64,000 bases of DNA, taken from NCBI GenBank assembly GCA_963714275.1, contig CAVQNT010000002.1, positions 64,001 to 128,000 of the forward strand. Reading direction: 5' to 3'. Source of the stretch: Candidatus Bathyarchaeota archaeon. Lineage in GTDB: Archaea > Thermoproteota > Bathyarchaeia > Bathyarchaeales > DTEX01. Positions within the stretch are counted from its first letter, which is position 1. Each line of letters starts with the position of its first letter. Shown piece after piece: positions 62,511 through 64,000 of the stretch. Position numbers and translations under genes: made by a program. The notes beneath the pieces are model-generated. The model did not search any database. It saw only the letters and a program-made list of their open reading frames with translations, and was not told where the DNA came from.

Positions 62511-64000
62511 ATGGCGAGACCGTCTGAATCGGATTCTAGACCAGTGGGCTACGCCCTTTCTGGCTGCACGCACGATTATTTGAGTTTCGTGGTCATGGAA
62601 GACGCACGGGTGAAGGTCAACTACTTCTACTTCATTGACCATCCAACGAATCCAGGCACGCAAGTTTTAGTAAGAACTTTCCGCATGCAACCTTACAATC
62701 CCGAGATGATCACAGGTCGAACTGGACCTTTAGCTGGGAAGAAGGGGCGAAGGGCAGACTACGGAAAACGTTTAGAATACACGATTGCCTCTGCTGAGAT
62801 TTTGGGTTACTATGACGAGAAGAATCGGTGGCGGACAATGGAGGTTGCGCCATCGCCGTGGGACTACATCTATGAACCCAACGAGGAAGCTCTGAAAAAT
62901 TTCTTTATTCCGAAAAAAGTGGAAGCTGACTCGCTTATGCTTGAGATCGGTAAGGCTCGGGGAACCAACATTCCGATTTTCGTTGATTTGAACTCGGTTG
63001 CGAAGGGTCACATGTTTGTCGCTGGCATGACAAGGTCGGGGAAATCAAGCTTCATCATAAACATGATTGCCAAGGCTTCTCGGCTTAAGCCTAGACCTCA
63101 CTTCGTCATATTCGACATGCGGGGAGAATATAACGGTCTCAAACGGTTCGGCGCGACCATGCTTCCTTACACGAAATTCACGCCCGTCATTTCTGACCCT
63201 AAGGTGATAGCAGAAAAGCTGGAGCTTAAAGGAAAAGAATCAACGGTCTTCATGGACGCTACGAGGGCAATGCTGTTCGAAGGTTCGAAGCTAACCCGTA
63301 AAAGCCTGCTTTCTAAGATTGAGGATGTTATCAACCGCGGAGTGGTATTCAAAACTGAAAGTAGCCAAAAAAAGGCTTACGACACTATAAGTTGGGTTTT
63401 GGAAACTAAAGGCAAATTCATCGATAAAGAAACCGAACCCCTAGATGTGATCGAGGAGATCAAAAACAAGTTCGCCTTGATTGTCGATTTTTCGGTCGAC
63501 ACAGACATTGAATCTCAGCAAAGAACAGCCAAGCACATCTTAGACAATATCAGAGAGTACGCAATGGTCAGGAAAGACTATGGAGACTTCGCCTGCATCG
63601 TAGCCATCGAGGAAGCCCAATACTTCGCGCCTGAAAGAGGAGTCGAAATGCGCGAGTCAAGCGCCCAAAACCAGGTCAAGGCATCAATGGTCGAAACTGC
63701 AAGCCAAGCAGGCGGATACAACGTTGGCTTAATTCTTATGACGCAAAGGCCAGCCTACGTTCTGAAAAGCACCATTTCCCAATGCAACTCCGTCGCTTGC
63801 TTCAGGCTGAAAAGCGGAAACGACCAAGACGCCATCCTGCAGTACACGGAGTATGGGTCGGAAAGGCTCAAAGAATATTTGCCAGGTTTAGCTGACCATG
63901 AGGCGATGCTGTGGGGGATAGCGGTTCCAACTCCTTTCCCAGTGATAGCCGAGATAGAGGTGGAAGAATACCCACAGAAAGCTGTTGCCTTCGCCAAAAG
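62511..64000 (+). CDS. HerA-like ATPase (runs off the window)
   Basis: Not in ORF track. One open frame from ATG 62511: HMFVAGMTRSGKS, IFDMRGEY, IEEAQYFAP, LMTQRP, ISQCN. Confidence 0.88.
   Translation, partial: MARPSESDSRPVGYALSGCTHDYLSFVVMEDARVKVNYFYFIDHPTNPGTQVLVRTFRMQPYNPEMITGRTGPLAGKKGRRADYGKRLEYTIASAEILGYYDEKNRWRTMEVAPSPWDYIYEPNEEALKNFFIPKKVEADSLMLEIGKARGTNIPIFVDLNSVAKGHMFVAGMTRSGKSSFIINMIAKASRLKPRPHFVIFDMRGEYNGLKRFGATMLPYTKFTPVISDPKVIAEKLELKGKESTVFMDATRAMLFEGSKLTRKSLLSKIEDVINRGVVFKTESSQKKAYDTISWVLETKGKFIDKETEPLDVIEEIKNKFALIVDFSVDTDIESQQRTAKHILDNIREYAMVRKDYGDFACIVAIEEAQYFAPERGVEMRESSAQNQVKASMVETASQAGGYNVGLILMTQRPAYVLKSTISQCNSVACFRLKSGNDQDAILQYTEYGSERLKEYLPGLADHEAMLWGIAVPTPFPVIAEIEVEEYPQKAVAFAK

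Overview
The window is almost certainly a concatenation of at least two unrelated genomes. Positions 1 to ~16.43 kb are bacterial (Deltaproteobacteria/Desulfobacterota-like, by inference). They hold an IclR-regulated TRAP/FAH/IolB-like sugar-acid cluster, a rubrerythrin-thioesterase fusion, MFS, YhhN and Tpx genes, two integron-integrase remnants and an attI-headed cassette array (acyltransferase, a nested ORF-less attC/hairpin element, a YjhP-like methyltransferase and a membrane-anchored Mrr nuclease). From ~16.44 kb to the end the sequence is archaeal (Bathyarchaeia-like, by inference). It holds secreted/surface proteins, a zinc-ribbon/PH module, grpE-dnaK-dnaJ, EF-1alpha, the rpl44e-rps27e-eIF2alpha-nop10-PAC2 operon, an accessory island with a candidate structured RNA and two putative nucleases, eIF2gamma, thrB-pdxA, purA, an ABC exporter with DUF1854, tupABC-modE, sugar enzymes and a NurA-HerA pair whose HerA lacks the arginine finger. 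The archaeal part has many single-base indels, even in essential genes, most likely sequencing errors. No rRNA, complete tRNA or CRISPR array was found. The best novelty candidates are the structured RNA locus at 43.17-43.5 kb, the palindromic attC linker at 14.53-14.71 kb and the divergent NurA-HerA. All family calls come from motif recognition by eye; no searches were run.
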